Origin: Klebsormidium nitens
Taxonomy: Eukaryota > Plantae > Klebsormidiophyceae
Reading direction: 5' to 3'
Assembly: GCA_000708835.1 (NCBI GenBank)
Contig: DF237104.1
Span: 103,101 to 167,100, forward strand
Length of the DNA stretch: 64,000 nucleotides
The notes under the pieces are model-generated. The model did not search any database, was not told the DNA's origin, and saw only the letters and a list, made by a program, of their open reading frames with translations. The position numbers and the translations under genes were made by a program. This document shows positions 38,201 to 49,918 of this stretch, piece after piece (the first letter of the stretch is position 1; the number at the start of each line of letters is the position of its first letter).

Positions 38201-41200
38201 CTTTCAGAACAATTTAGTCTATTCTTCCTGAGCATTGGACTGGCATCTGCGCTTTTTGTATCACCTTTTTTGGGTGTGTTACAGCACTTTCCGTAGTCTG
38301 AGCACTGCCATATTGGTGGACCGCTGCCAGTGGACATAAAGTTGTGTGTTGTGTTCTGATTGAAGTCGAGTTCGGACTGAAATGCATGCGTATCAAGCGA
38401 AGACCTGTTCCTACATTAGATACGTCTCAAGTGCTGGTCAAGAGGAGACTTGTGTGTAGATGCTTGACCATTTCTTCGTCACATGCAGATCCGATGAACG
38501 TTGAGGAGATGTACATCCTGGTCAGCGCGCCTGGCTGCATGCCCCGTTATGTTGGGGTCCGAGGCTGCTCGTCGCTAGAGGGCTACCACCGCCACCTCAA
38601 CGCGCTGCTGGGCGGGGGCAACTATTCTCCCGAGCTCGCAGGGGCTCTCATGGCCCTCTTCAACTACCGGTGGAACTACGAGTGCGCGGTTCGTAGCAAG
38701 GGGGCAAAAGATTGGGGAATGTTTGACCACTGGCTGCTGGAAGCGATGCAAGACACGTGCGCGGGGATGGGGTGGCCAAATCCGTGTCCCGAGTGGCGAC
38801 GCGCTCCCCCCACCGAAGAGCGATTCGGCGTCCATGCAAGCCCTGTGCAAGTTCGGACAGGGGGCTCTCAGGAAGATGTGGGGGAGGAGCCGGAGTTTCT
38901 GGACCAGGAGGCCACCTTCGTGGAGACTATGCTGGAGGAGCAACAGCTGAAGAGCACGCAGGCTGTGGGTAAGGCGTCTATTTCGTGGCAGGCAAAATGT
39001 TGGAGTTCCGGCACAACGGTCATGACCGTCGAATGGAAAACGAGCTTCGGCGTTGTAAGATTGAATCCTCGTTTCCCAAGTTGCTGTTATACGTTGCTTT
39101 CTTTTCTCCTCTGACTCAGTGGTCGCTTGATTCTCACATGTACTGAGCAGTCGCGTTGTCTTTGGAACGTAGTCAGAATTTCACCATGTCGCAATCAAAA
39201 CACTAATCTAGTCTGACGGTGCTGTACTGAGCTTCGCTTTGCATAGGAGAGTCGTCTGCAACGGTACCTAAAGCATCAGTCAAAGAGGCATGCACGCTTG
39301 CCTGATGTGTAACTACCATTCTGGTCTTCTCTTCTCGCACATCGCTTACAAAAGCTTCTTCATGCTTCACACATTTTGTGGTTTGCATCTTCGCATGTCT
39401 GACACAAGCTTGACCTTGGAAGCGCCTAACGATTTCATCTCGACTTTTGCAGGCGCAGCTAATGCGCAGCAACCAGTGGCTGCCGCATGCTCGCACGGAA
39501 CCATCCCCCCTGCCCGCCCTACGCCCCCCACGCATGCCTCTCCGCCCCAGCAGGGCGAGCTGGCTGCAAACGTGCCCGAGCACTCCTGCCCCCCCACCGA
39601 GGACGGGCTGCCCGGAGCAAAACGTGTGACTGCGCAACAGGGAGGGCAGCCTGTGCCCTCGCTCCCCTCCCAGCCGGACGAGCAGCCCGTGCCCTCGCTT
39701 GCCCCGCAGCAGGACGGGCAGCCTGCGGTCATGCAGGCCGCGCAGCAGGGAGAGCAGCCCGGAGTGCCCCCTATTCCCCCCCAGTACGACGAGCAGCCTG
39801 CGGTCGTGCACTGCGCCGCGCAACGGGGAGGGCAGTCCGGCGTGCCCCTGGTCCCCCCTCACAAGGACCGGCAGCCCCAAGTTGTGCGTGGAGCAGCGCA
39901 CCCGGGGGGACAGCCTGTACACTCCCCCCCGTTTCAGGACATGCTACCCGAAATTCTGCGCGCCGCACCGCAACGGGGGGTGCAGCAGCCCTCCTACTCC
40001 TGCCCCCCCAGTCAGGACGAGGTCGTCCAAGCCGCGGCGCAGCCGGGAGGGCAGCCCTCGCCATCCTTCCCCTCCAATCAGGACAAGCTGCCTGGGGTCG
40101 TGCGCGCCGCAGCACAGCCGGGGGGGCAGCCCTTTTACTCCTTCTCCCCCAGTCAGGACGGAGTGGTCCGCGCCGCGGCGCAACCGTGGGGGCAGCCCTC
40201 GCCTTCCTCCCCCCCCAGTCAAGACGGACTGCCTGGTTTCGTGCGCGCTGCGGCGCAACCGGGGGGACAACCCTCGCCTTCCTTCCCCCCCCNNNNNNNN
40301 NNNNNNNNNNNNNNNNNNNNNNNNNNNNNNNNNNNNNNNNNNNNNNNNNNNNNNNNNNNNNNNNNNNNNNNNNNNNNNNNNNNNNNNNNNNNNNNNNNNN
40401 NNNNNNNNNNNNNNNNNNNNNNNNNNNNNNNNNNNNNNNNNNNNNNNNNNNNNNNNNNNNNNNNNNNNNNNNNNNNNNNNNNNNNNNNNNNNNNNNNNNN
40501 NNNNNNNNNNNNNNNNNNNNNNNNNNNNNNNNNNNNNNNNNNNNNNNNNNNNNNNNNNNNNNNNNNNNNNNNNNNNNNNNNGGTGTTGCGCGCGCCGCGG
40601 CGCAACCGGGGGGACAGCCCTCGCCTTCCTTCCGCCCCAGTCAAGACGGCCTGCCTGGTGTCGCGCGCGCCGCGGCGCAACCGGGGGGACAACTCTCGCC
40701 TTCCTTCCCCCCCAGTCAAGACGGGCTGCCTGGTGTCGTGCGCGCCGCGGCGCAACCGGGGGAACAGCCCTCGCCTTCCTTCCGCCCCAGTCAAGACGGG
40801 CTGCATGGTGTCGCGCGCGCCGCGGCGCAACCGGGAGCGCAGCCTGTGCACGCCGGGCTAACAAGGAACACGTTGCAAGTTGCGGCTCGGCTGTTCCGCC
40901 GCGAGAAGCTTGGTGAGAACTCTCTCACTTTGCTTTACGATCCAACGGATCCTTCCTCCAGCTTCGCAATCCGAGAAGTAAGTCTTCGTTGAATCTTCAA
41001 TCTTCAATTTTGTGTACCCTTGAGGCTTCGACTTGAGAGAGCGTTTATCTGATCCTTCTTCTCATGTTGCAGTGACGAAACGAAAGCGAGACGACGGGGA
41101 CATCGCTCCGACCAGCTCCACAATAGAAAGTGAGTCCCGTTAGAATCTTTTACGATCCGTTGTTGGACGGCAGTCCCTGAGATTCGGTTACTTCCGAGCC

Positions 41201-42567
41201 AGCTCGCTTTTCAGAGATACGAAGCATCCGTTTTCAGAGTGCTCAGATTCGAAGCCTTGAAGAGTTGCGCTCGAAAAATCTGCAGTGCTAGATTGTCGTT
41301 CACATTAAGGGCATGAGGACTGCCGCGGCCTCCTTCGAAGAGCATTGCGCACGTCACAAAAACGTCAAGTTTTCAGTCGATCGATCACAAAGACGATTCC
41401 GTCTTGCAGGTCCGTTTATTCCCGGTGTACGTTTCCAGCCGGATGGTGCAGGGCTACACGGTGCTTCCTCAGCAGGTTAGTAAAAGCGGTCGTGAGCTCA
41501 GTGTGTCAACCACATATTCAAATCCATTGTGCCGTCCTGGCTTTAAGATCGCGGTTCTGAACATTCAACAGCTTTGTCGGAATGGATATATGTTGGCCAC
41601 AATCAACCGACCTGACGTGTCACCTGCGTTTCCTAGGTATGTCTGCCTTGTCTTCTTGGAACTTTTACGACCTCGCCGTCCGCAATTCCGTGTTCTGCTC
41701 ACTACCCATAATGCTGTATTTCATTGAGGAATTTTCGGATATCTTTCGTTACAATTTCGCTTGAAGACACGTCTACGAGAACTTCCGAAGCTCGTTGGAA
41801 TTTCATGTTATTAACCAAACGCTTGTTGCCGTACAGGGGAGCCACAATCGGGGTCCATCCAACGGTCTGGTGGGAACGTGCATCTACACTCAGAGCCCTG
41901 CCAAGAGGTGAAAAGACATGGGCGGCTACCATTCATTAAAAAACGTGGCGTACGACGGCCAGCGCTTCGCGAGCTGATCCGCCCAATCTCGACTCCTGCG
42001 GAGACTCGGTTGTTTTCCGAGCTTTATTCCATGCACTCCACCAACTCCTCCACCAACTGGGTAAATATGTGTCACGAGTGGAATCAGAGGGCTGCTCTCA
42101 CGGTCTCTCAAATCTCAGGGGCAGATAATGCGATCCATCAGAAGAACATTCCTCTTCTGAAAAAGTACGAGAAGGGCCTGGTCAAAGACTTCATTCGGAA
42201 AGACTCGCTCAATGCACTCATTGCTCACAATTCCGTTTCTCTGCAGCATCCCACTTATGCACCTTCGACCACCATCAACCCGTTCGTTGGTGGAATCCAT
42301 CCTTACCCACCCACTTTTGCTCACAACACTTCAATTGCACCCCCCGCTTACCCATCGATTGCAGCGCTGCCCATGGGGGGCGGAGTTGCACACCCCATGT
42401 TCTTTCATCCACCGCTCACAAACACAAGTTTCCATGTTCAAAGTGGCCCATCGCTTTCTTCTCGACCAGCTAAGAATAATAGAGGTGGCAAAGGTATTAA
42501 GAAGCACTGTAGAAAGCAGCCTGGTTGCGGCTTACCCATAGGACAATGCAGGTGCCCAAAAGCTTGA
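35242..42567 (+). CDS. Spliced DDE transposase-like protein (Mutator/IS256 clan), 10 exons, about 1500 aa
   Basis: Exons 35242-35884, 36220-36624, 36922-37193, 37452-37599, 37871-38194, 38489-38968, 39453-40912 (contains the N gap), 41073-41129, 41410-41475, 41837-42567; all junctions are GT-AG and phase-consistent. Cys cluster CPKCG...C...C...C; GDHTF (D1), WVDN (D2), EDATHVMRR (DxxH), GCSSLEGYH (E); C-terminal PISTPAETRLF...W...WN domain and Cys-rich tail. Confidence 0.8.
39600..40850 (+). repeat. Coding tandem repeat, about 75-bp unit (GVARAAAQPGGQPSPSFPPSQDGLP), degenerate at the 5' end
   Basis: Units are clearly visible at 40030-40290 and 40582-40830; the array is interrupted by the assembly gap. 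Confidence 0.9.
40293..40581. other. Assembly gap (289 N)
   Basis: Run of n characters inside the tandem repeat. Confidence 1.
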
Positions 42568-43244
42568 GTCGTTGTAGGAGGGGCAAGTTAATCTGTTTAT
42601 TGAGCGTGTTTATTGTCGATTTCTTAGGTTAAGACGGTCGAACCGTGAATGCATCGCAATAAGTATCTGTTTAATTTAGAGAACACCGGTGTTTCACGAA
42701 TCGTTGCCATGAGACAATGAACATTTTTTCGGTTCAAATATATCATGGCCGCATAGAAATCGGGTATGAGCAAGCCGGCCTTAATATTGTGTGTAATGGC
42801 CTTGATCGAATGTACAGTACGTTAGTCTTAGCGAGTTTGCATAGATGCATACGGTACATGTTCCAACGGTCAGTCAGCAACGTGATGCGCGTTTGCCCAA
42901 AAGTTGCCGCTGATCCACTTTGAACAAGTATGATTTCATTTCACAACCGACCGTTTTACCGGTACGGGTACAAGTTTCTCGTAGTTAGTTTTGTGAGCCA
43001 TAGAAGCAATCCTATGTGATTTGAAGCAAGGCTAATTAACGACGACACAACCTAAGCTTTTTGGAGATAGACTTATCATGTTCCGCATGGTAAGTTTTCA
43101 CTTAGGTTAGTCTCTTATCCAAAGTCCTATATCAAAGCTGGTCTATCTAGACATTGTGGAAGCCGTTAAAAAGTATTCCTGTCCATCATACGTTTGCATC
43201 ATCGGCAAGTGCTCGCGCGCGGAACACGCGGGCAAGCACAATCA

Positions 43245-43372
43245 GGGGTCCCTTCGGGCCCCCTAGCCCCGGGGCTTCGCCCCGTGAGACCCCCTAGGGC
43301 CGCCTTCGGCGACCCCGACCCCCCATTTCCGCTCAAAAAAACGCCCCGACCTGTACAATATTTTTTAGCTAG
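43245..43372. other. Cluster of three GC hairpins with TTC/GAA triloops interspersed with CTAG
   Basis: ggggtcccTTCgggcccc (43245-43262), cggggcTTCgccccg (43270-43284), cgccTTCggcg (43301-43311); CTAG at 43263, 43294 and 43369. Confidence 0.8.
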
Positions 43373-43746
43373 AGGCACGACGGGGCGGACCGGGACGGCG
43401 ACGGAATTCCGGTCGGACCGATATCGAGCACTCCCTTGAGTCCATTCAAAGTTCACCAAGGAACGCCCCCTCGGGCGTCCAAATACTATAATAGGTAGGT
43501 AAATCACAAGAATGTTGTCATTAATTATTGGCACCAGGGTGGACACGAATGATCATGAGTCTGTACTACCGGTATGTAGAGGGGTCTGCCAGGCGGGCTG
43601 CCAGGTACCTGGGTAGGATTGGAATCTGGACTCTGGAGCAAAGTTTCAAAGCTCTTCATTGAAGAAATCCGCCAGAGCGGTGTTGCATCGCAAAGCCTTG
43701 AACATCATTGTTCGGTTTCTGCCAGGTTTAACTTTAGAGCATAATC

Positions 43747-46700
43747 ATGCACTTCAAACCTTTGAAACCTTCCACTTCCACATTAGGAGGCATGCCGCCA
43801 CCTTCTAACGTGAGCGTGGAGGGGTCTTTGCGCTCCCGTTTAGCTGCCTCCGCCGTCCCTTTGGGCTTTCTGCTCGCAGGCATACTTGGACTAGTAGCTG
43901 GCGTACTGTCATCGATCAAAGTTCCATTCTCTGTACAACTATGAGGATGAGGAGGTCGCGGCAGCCCTTCTGCGCAACGAGATAATAGCGCTTATTGCGG
44001 CGATTTTGGCTTTCCTCTTGGGAATCCTTGCTTCGGTGCTGCATTTTGTATGGACCTCAAAGGATCGCTTGTGGAGACGTTTTCTCTTGCGGGCATTACC
44101 GTAAGCTTCCAATCGGAACCATTGGCTCCTCTCTAATCCTGAAGGCCTACTAAATATGCGCATTATGCCAATAGACAGATGGACTAAAGATTGGCAGGAG
44201 TTTTTGGGGATGGCGTCAACCTCATGTTGGACCCATATTGGATTGATATTGAACTAAGGTACTTGATAAGATGGAGCGCTGGGCACTTTGCCAAAATGTT
44301 TGAGATCTTGTGGCCTTCCCCGACTTGTGAGACGGACTTCACTTGAGATTCATTTGACTCCGTCACTTTGTCACTGTGTCCAGCTTGCCTTGTCAACTTG
44401 ACAGATACCTTTGTAGGTGCATTTATGCATAGCAGTTGGCCTGAGAGACTCTCTGCGCCAAGATCCTCTTCATAATGAGAGACCCGGAAAAGTTGGTCGC
44501 CCTTTGTTGCTAGGAATTATTCCGAACTTTCTAGACAATGTCATTTGGAATAGATGCTCAACTTGCTCTTAGGACTCTCCCAAGCTTCTCTCTTGCAGCG
44601 TTCATACAACATGATCTGTCAGTATGATGCAGCTCAGGTGGTCGACCCGTCGTCGTGCTCAAGTGTTCAGAAACTGAGAAGCTTTGTGCTTTTGCAGGGG
44701 AATTGGAGCTTCTGCCGTAGCCATCGTTATAGCGGTCATTCTTCTAGCCAAACAGTGCTCGGTAGCCGAATACTACTGCTGTCATTGTGGAAGGTCATAC
44801 AACATACCGCTGCTGATTTTCTGTTATGTCACAGCGGTGGCCTCCTTGGTCAATTGCGTGATTCAAGGTTCGTGTGGTGGCTCTGCATTCCAGAGCAAAG
44901 GCGGCAAGCAAGGTGAGAAGCAACTCCCCACAGTCCTGGGTTGTTGTTCACATTCTTGTAAGCTGTGCCCCAAGACGCTGTTTGCGCCGTACAAGCTGGT
45001 GGCTTGCACCCAAATGGCTTGAAATTCTGTATCTTCTTCCTTTGTTGGATGAAAGTAACTCAATCTGCTTCTAGGAGCTGTTAATGTGCAGCACCTCATC
45101 GCGTGTCTCGTCTTTCTTTTATTGAGGCATGGTTTCTGATTTTTGGGCCATGCCTGTCTGCTTCTCTGAAAATGCCCGCACCAACTCTGAAGGGGAAGAT
45201 CAGAATTGTCTATCCATTCAGCTTGCCATGTCCACAACATTTAGTTCATACTCCAAATGCTCCTTTTTCTAGGTCTTATGGCAGAAGAAGGAAACCACCT
45301 AAAGGGCAACTTGGACGCCGACAAAGCATCAGCACCGACTTCTAAGCAGGATACGGCCTCCTTTGAAGTGGACATACATTCTGCATCAGTACTGTCATTT
45401 GGGGGGTTCCGCAGATATCAGGGACAAGCATTGCTGGCAAACACCGACAACTTTAGTCCCAAATATCTCTTAGGGACCGGAGGCTTTGGGAAGGTGAGTT
45501 GCCCTGTTGCGCAAACTTTGTCTGAGAAGCAAGAACATCCACATGTCAAGTACAGATTGTTCTGTAACATGGGTGTGCTTGCTCTTTGATGAGAGCAGAT
45601 TGACAAATGCCTCCAAGCATTGCTCCTTTGTCAATTGCAAGCAAAAGTTGGACTTTCATCTCGTTTTGGGTGATTTCGGAGAAGCTCTTTTCCAATCCCA
45701 CAACATATTGCCGCCTGTACTGGTCCAGGTGTACAAATGTCCAAACTCAGATGGCAGCATCGTGGCCCTCAAGGTTCTAGACGATCCTCTGAAGGTAGGA
45801 TTCCAAGTCGCAAGCAACAATATTAGCAAGATTTGGTTAACTGACCGTCGCGCTAGTTTCATTCATACTTTTTTCAAATATAGTACAACAGATGTTCACA
45901 CAAGCACAGGTCGTTGTCCTTTATGGCTTGTGTAGAACAATGGAAATCAAGCTCCTGTATCTGGCTTGCATGTTACTTCGGTGAAACAAGCTCGTGTATC
46001 ATGCTCGCATGCTCCTCCTTGCCTGGATACCAGCTCAATCACTTTCTTGACTGCAGAATGCAACAGACGTTGTGGCTGAGGGCTTTTTCTAGCCTGCTAA
46101 ATTAGGCGTTTCTAAGACAAGCCGCCCCTAGTGATCACAGTGCTGATGTACCTTTTGTAGGTCTATGGAAATGAGAATCAGTTTGCGCGAGAAGCCCAAG
46201 TAATGAGCAACATCAAACACAAGCATCTCGTCAACCTCCTCGGGTTTGCAACAACAAGCAGCATGGAGTTCATCCTCGTGCTAGAGTATTGCAGTGGCGG
46301 CAACCTATATCAGGCACTCCATGGTAAGCTGAAAAAAGAAAGGCCTCATCAGCATTCAACACATGCGAACGGTCATTGTATGGAACTCAGCGCCAGGGCT
46401 TCTGTCTTTCTAAAGCTCAAAGAAGTGGGCGGTATTGAGCGCTTTTTGTCTTTTCTTGTCTCTTTTTGGCCTGCACAATTAGGGAGGGCTTTCACTTTCA
46501 GTTGCCTGTAACCGATCATTTCCAAGTACTTGCCCTGCACCTGGAAGCTTGTATATTCCTAGTCAACCATGCATATCGAGGTCCAAGCCCTCCATCGTTG
46601 CTGCTTGAGCACGGAGTAAAGCATGCAAATTTCGCTAGTTCTCAATTGGGCGAGCTTCGGTAGCTCTTATGCGATGTTCTGGTCTTTGCAACCTTCTATG

Positions 46701-48694
46701 TCCGAGAACGTTCATGAATTGTGCAGGCCTCTATTCCCCGAACGTTTGCTTGGACCTTGGCAAGCTTCGTGTTTCTGATGCCTTCTCTTGAGACCGTTCC
46801 TCAGGAGGGGTGCCGAAACTAGACTGGTTAAGCAGAATGCGAATAGCGGTGGGTGCTGCCCAAGCACTGGCGTATCTTCACCACGGCATCAGCCCGCCAT
46901 TAGTTCACCGTGACATGAAGGCAGCCAACGTGCTGCTGGATCAACATCTGAATGCCAAGGTAAGTAGACGAATCGCGTACGGACTTCAAAAGGGTTTGAT
47001 CATGCACTGCTTGCAGGAAGGAGCCGTTGTGCATTAGAGCCAAGACGCTTGTTTATAAGTAGGGATTCTTCTCTATCACCCACCGTAGACATTGATTTTC
47101 GAGAAGCACTCAGTACCTCCATTTCCTCTGCAAACCATTGACGATGTCGTCGCCATCGTTTGTGCTTACCAGAGTGCAATGATCCGTAGGAGCAGCACCG
47201 CGTCGAGCCCGCGATGCTATTGAGCTCCTCTCTACTGGTCATACCAGAATGATCTCAAAGGGAACGTCTGGATATATACCACACTCTTCCCCGCAGGTTG
47301 CAGACTTTGGTCTGGCTAAGAACATCCTCGACCAAGCCACTCACGTCAGCACGCGCATCGCCGGCACTTTGGGGTACATGGCACCCGAATACTCCACAAG
47401 TGGGCAGGTGAACTTGCAAATGTTAGACTCTTTGGCTTGCTTTAGTGTCAACAGTGAGTGCACATATGCTTGACCAGAGTAAGAACGCTGGCCAGCTGGC
47501 TTAGGAGCCTAATTGCTCATCAAGCCACATAATAGGCGAGCCGGAGCCTTTTTGGATTCAAACAAAGTGGTGCCGTGGAGAGTTCCTTCAACCGTTGCAT
47601 GAACGCAGTGTCTTTTGGTGGGCGGAATAAACCATGGAATTGTCTTTGCTGGAGCCTCAAGTCAATCTTGAAGCTTCCAGGTCTGAGAGCTTTTGAACCG
47701 GGCCATGTCAAAATCTCGGCTATGGAAGAAGGTTGCGAAGGAGAGCAATGTGTGGTGTTCGCCATCCTATGAAAGTTGCGAAGGAGAGCAATGTGTCGTG
47801 TTCGCCATCCTCTTCTGCAGTTGACGTCGATGAGCGATGTCTACAGCTTTGGTCTGGTCCTGCTCGAGATCCTCACGGGCAAGGACGTCATCGTCCGCGA
47901 TGCGAGGGGCACCGAGAATCTGGCGAACGGGGTATGTCTTTTAAGGAACATATTGAAGTGGTTCTAAATGGAGGCTGTACAGAGCAGACTACCACTGTAT
48001 TATGGTCAACGCTCAAAGAGAAGCTCAAAGAGAAGCTCAAATAGATGCTGAGCAGGCCGGGAGTGAGCGACTGTTTGGTTTGGACCTCTGTTTCAGTCCA
48101 ATTCCAGTCCAGTCAGTAGCTCATTTGAGTTCGAGCCGGAGTCCTTTTTGAAACGACTGCTAGCATCTTCAGTGATCAAGGTGTGCTGTCCACAAACGAC
48201 AACAACGGGGCAAGCGTACTGCCCAATCTCCTCTTGTGCTCTTGGTGCGGACAAAGCATATAATGTGCACTTTTCCTGCTCCCCTTGATTTGAGTTGTCA
48301 ACGCTATGGTAACACCAGTTCACGTGTTCTGCAGGTGGCCGACTTGATGCCGGATGTCCACCGAATTGTGGATCCAGCCCTTGAGTTATTGTGGCCTCCA
48401 GAGATTGTCGCTGAATACATCAATCTGGCTCTTCGCTGCACGAGCTTGCACAGACCGAGGGAGCGTCCCAACATGAAAGAAATCGCGTACAAGCTGGAAT
48501 TACTCAATGACAGGTCCTTAGATGCTGCCAATGGGCCTCAGTCATTTTTGATTCCGACCGCGCCACCTGCGCACCTATCTTCGAGCGACTCTTGGGGGAT
48601 TCCTGGCAACTCTCACACAAGCGGGGAGCTTCGATTTGGTAGCCCGCATGATTCGGATGTTGCCCCTATGACTCAGATCCAGGTTGGACGGTAG
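43747..48694 (+). CDS. RLK/Pelle-family Ser/Thr kinase (RD type) with a multi-pass hydrophobic N-terminus
   Basis: Exons 43898-44100, 44698-44912, 45273-45493, 45729-45794, 46161-46323, 46805-46959, 47297-47407, 47821-47931, 48335-48694 are in phase; the first exon and start (43747?) are uncertain. [88 protein letters not shown]. Confidence 0.9.
47722..47812 (+). repeat. Two ~42-bp tandem units directly upstream of a kinase 3' splice site
   Basis: gttgcgaaggagagcaatgtgt(g/c)gtgttcgccatcct occurs twice before cttctgcag. Confidence 0.9.
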
Positions 48695-49918
48695 GTCAGT
48701 GGGAGTTGGACCAGAGCGGCTAGAGATCTGCTTCTTGAGACTTGTTAGATCTGTACTAAACGAGTTTTTATGTGGACTTAGACGACACTCTCTCTCCGTA
48801 TCCTGAGCGGATGCCTTGATATCAGCTTCAAAGCCTCCAAGTCTACGTCAAGTAGGGGTTGATGCTTGCTGCCAGTGATGCCAATTGAAAGACGTTCGCG
48901 TTTAGGCCAGGTTAATGTAGAAGCAACACTGCAAATCTGGACTACCAAAGAATGGGCAAGTATAGATTTATGCGGTGTCTCAAGAGCAAACATGTTTGTT
49001 TTGCGCGGCATCTTTCCGGAGCACGCACAAAATCAACTCTTCAGTTGATTACTTTGTGGTTTACGAAGGATAGTAGCAAAACCTCGAACGTAGCTCTGAT
49101 ACTCGGTGCAAGAACTGCACCATGACTCGCTTTAGGGCAATAGGCTGCAAGACCACACAGTCTAGTACTAAAATAAGGTATGCTCGGACCATGCGCTTCA
49201 CATCAGTGAGCTTAGCGCGCGACAATAGCACGATCCGCATGCGTTCCAGAATGCTCATGTATGCATTGCAGCACGTGGTTGCCATGCAAGATCGGACCAC
49301 GCGCGCAGCCGCCTTTCCAACAAAGAGCTACCGACTAGACTTGCACCATGCATGCATTATTCGCGTCACGCTTTTCGACTAGCGTTTGCGGCAAGACTAC
49401 ATATGATATTGCGGCCCGGGTCAGGAGAGTCTCGAAACTGCAGCAACTGAGTCACGCCATTGCGGTGCGATCGAAATCCGTTAGCTGGCCCTTCAATCTC
49501 AAGAAAAAGTGATTGCGCATTGCATCAAGCGCACCAATGTCCGACGTTGATTCAGGAAAAAGCGCCTTACCGCTGAGCAATAGTGCGAGGTCGACTCCTA
49601 CACGAAAACATCTGGGGACCGGAGCCGAACCAATTGTGGTCTTCCGACCCCGGGCCCAGTATACCGCGCAGGCTCCCATGTCACCCGGGCACCCGGTGCG
49701 GCAGCCCATGCGGACAATTGGCTGGACATATGGAGCATTTGTGATAGCATGCGGCAATCGGTAAATGAGGACAGCTACCGCAAGATGTGTATACATACAT
49801 GTGGCCCGAGTTAACCTAGACTCAATGGGAAGCGTTAAAAACACGACCATTACTTTGAAGGCTGCCTATTAGCTATTGTACAAATTATGTGAAACCCCCT
49901 AAGCTTTCATTACACCTG

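Larger units (their letters stand above)
34800..43450 (+). mobile_element. Putative DNA transposon carrying the DDE gene; boundaries approximate
   Basis: Transposase lies between two host genes, with repeated 15-mers on the left and a hairpin cluster on the right. I could not find a terminal inverted repeat or a target-site duplication by eye. Confidence 0.45.

Noticed and set aside
39600-40850. CRISPR-like array
   Set aside because: Contiguous coding tandem units without unique spacers, in a eukaryotic gene; no cas genes.
39944-40864. Arg-rich antisense ORFs and a frameshift across the tandem repeat
   Set aside because: GC-rich repeat shadows; the frame change coincides with an estimated-length N gap.
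34790-43420. GAATTCCGGT and GGCACGA shared near both putative transposon ends
   Set aside because: Short, direct rather than inverted, and not adjacent to definable ends; compatible with chance.
49452-49850. 132-aa minus-strand ORF between the kinase and SNF2 genes
   Set aside because: No motif or splice support; lies in probable 3' UTR or decayed repeat sequence.
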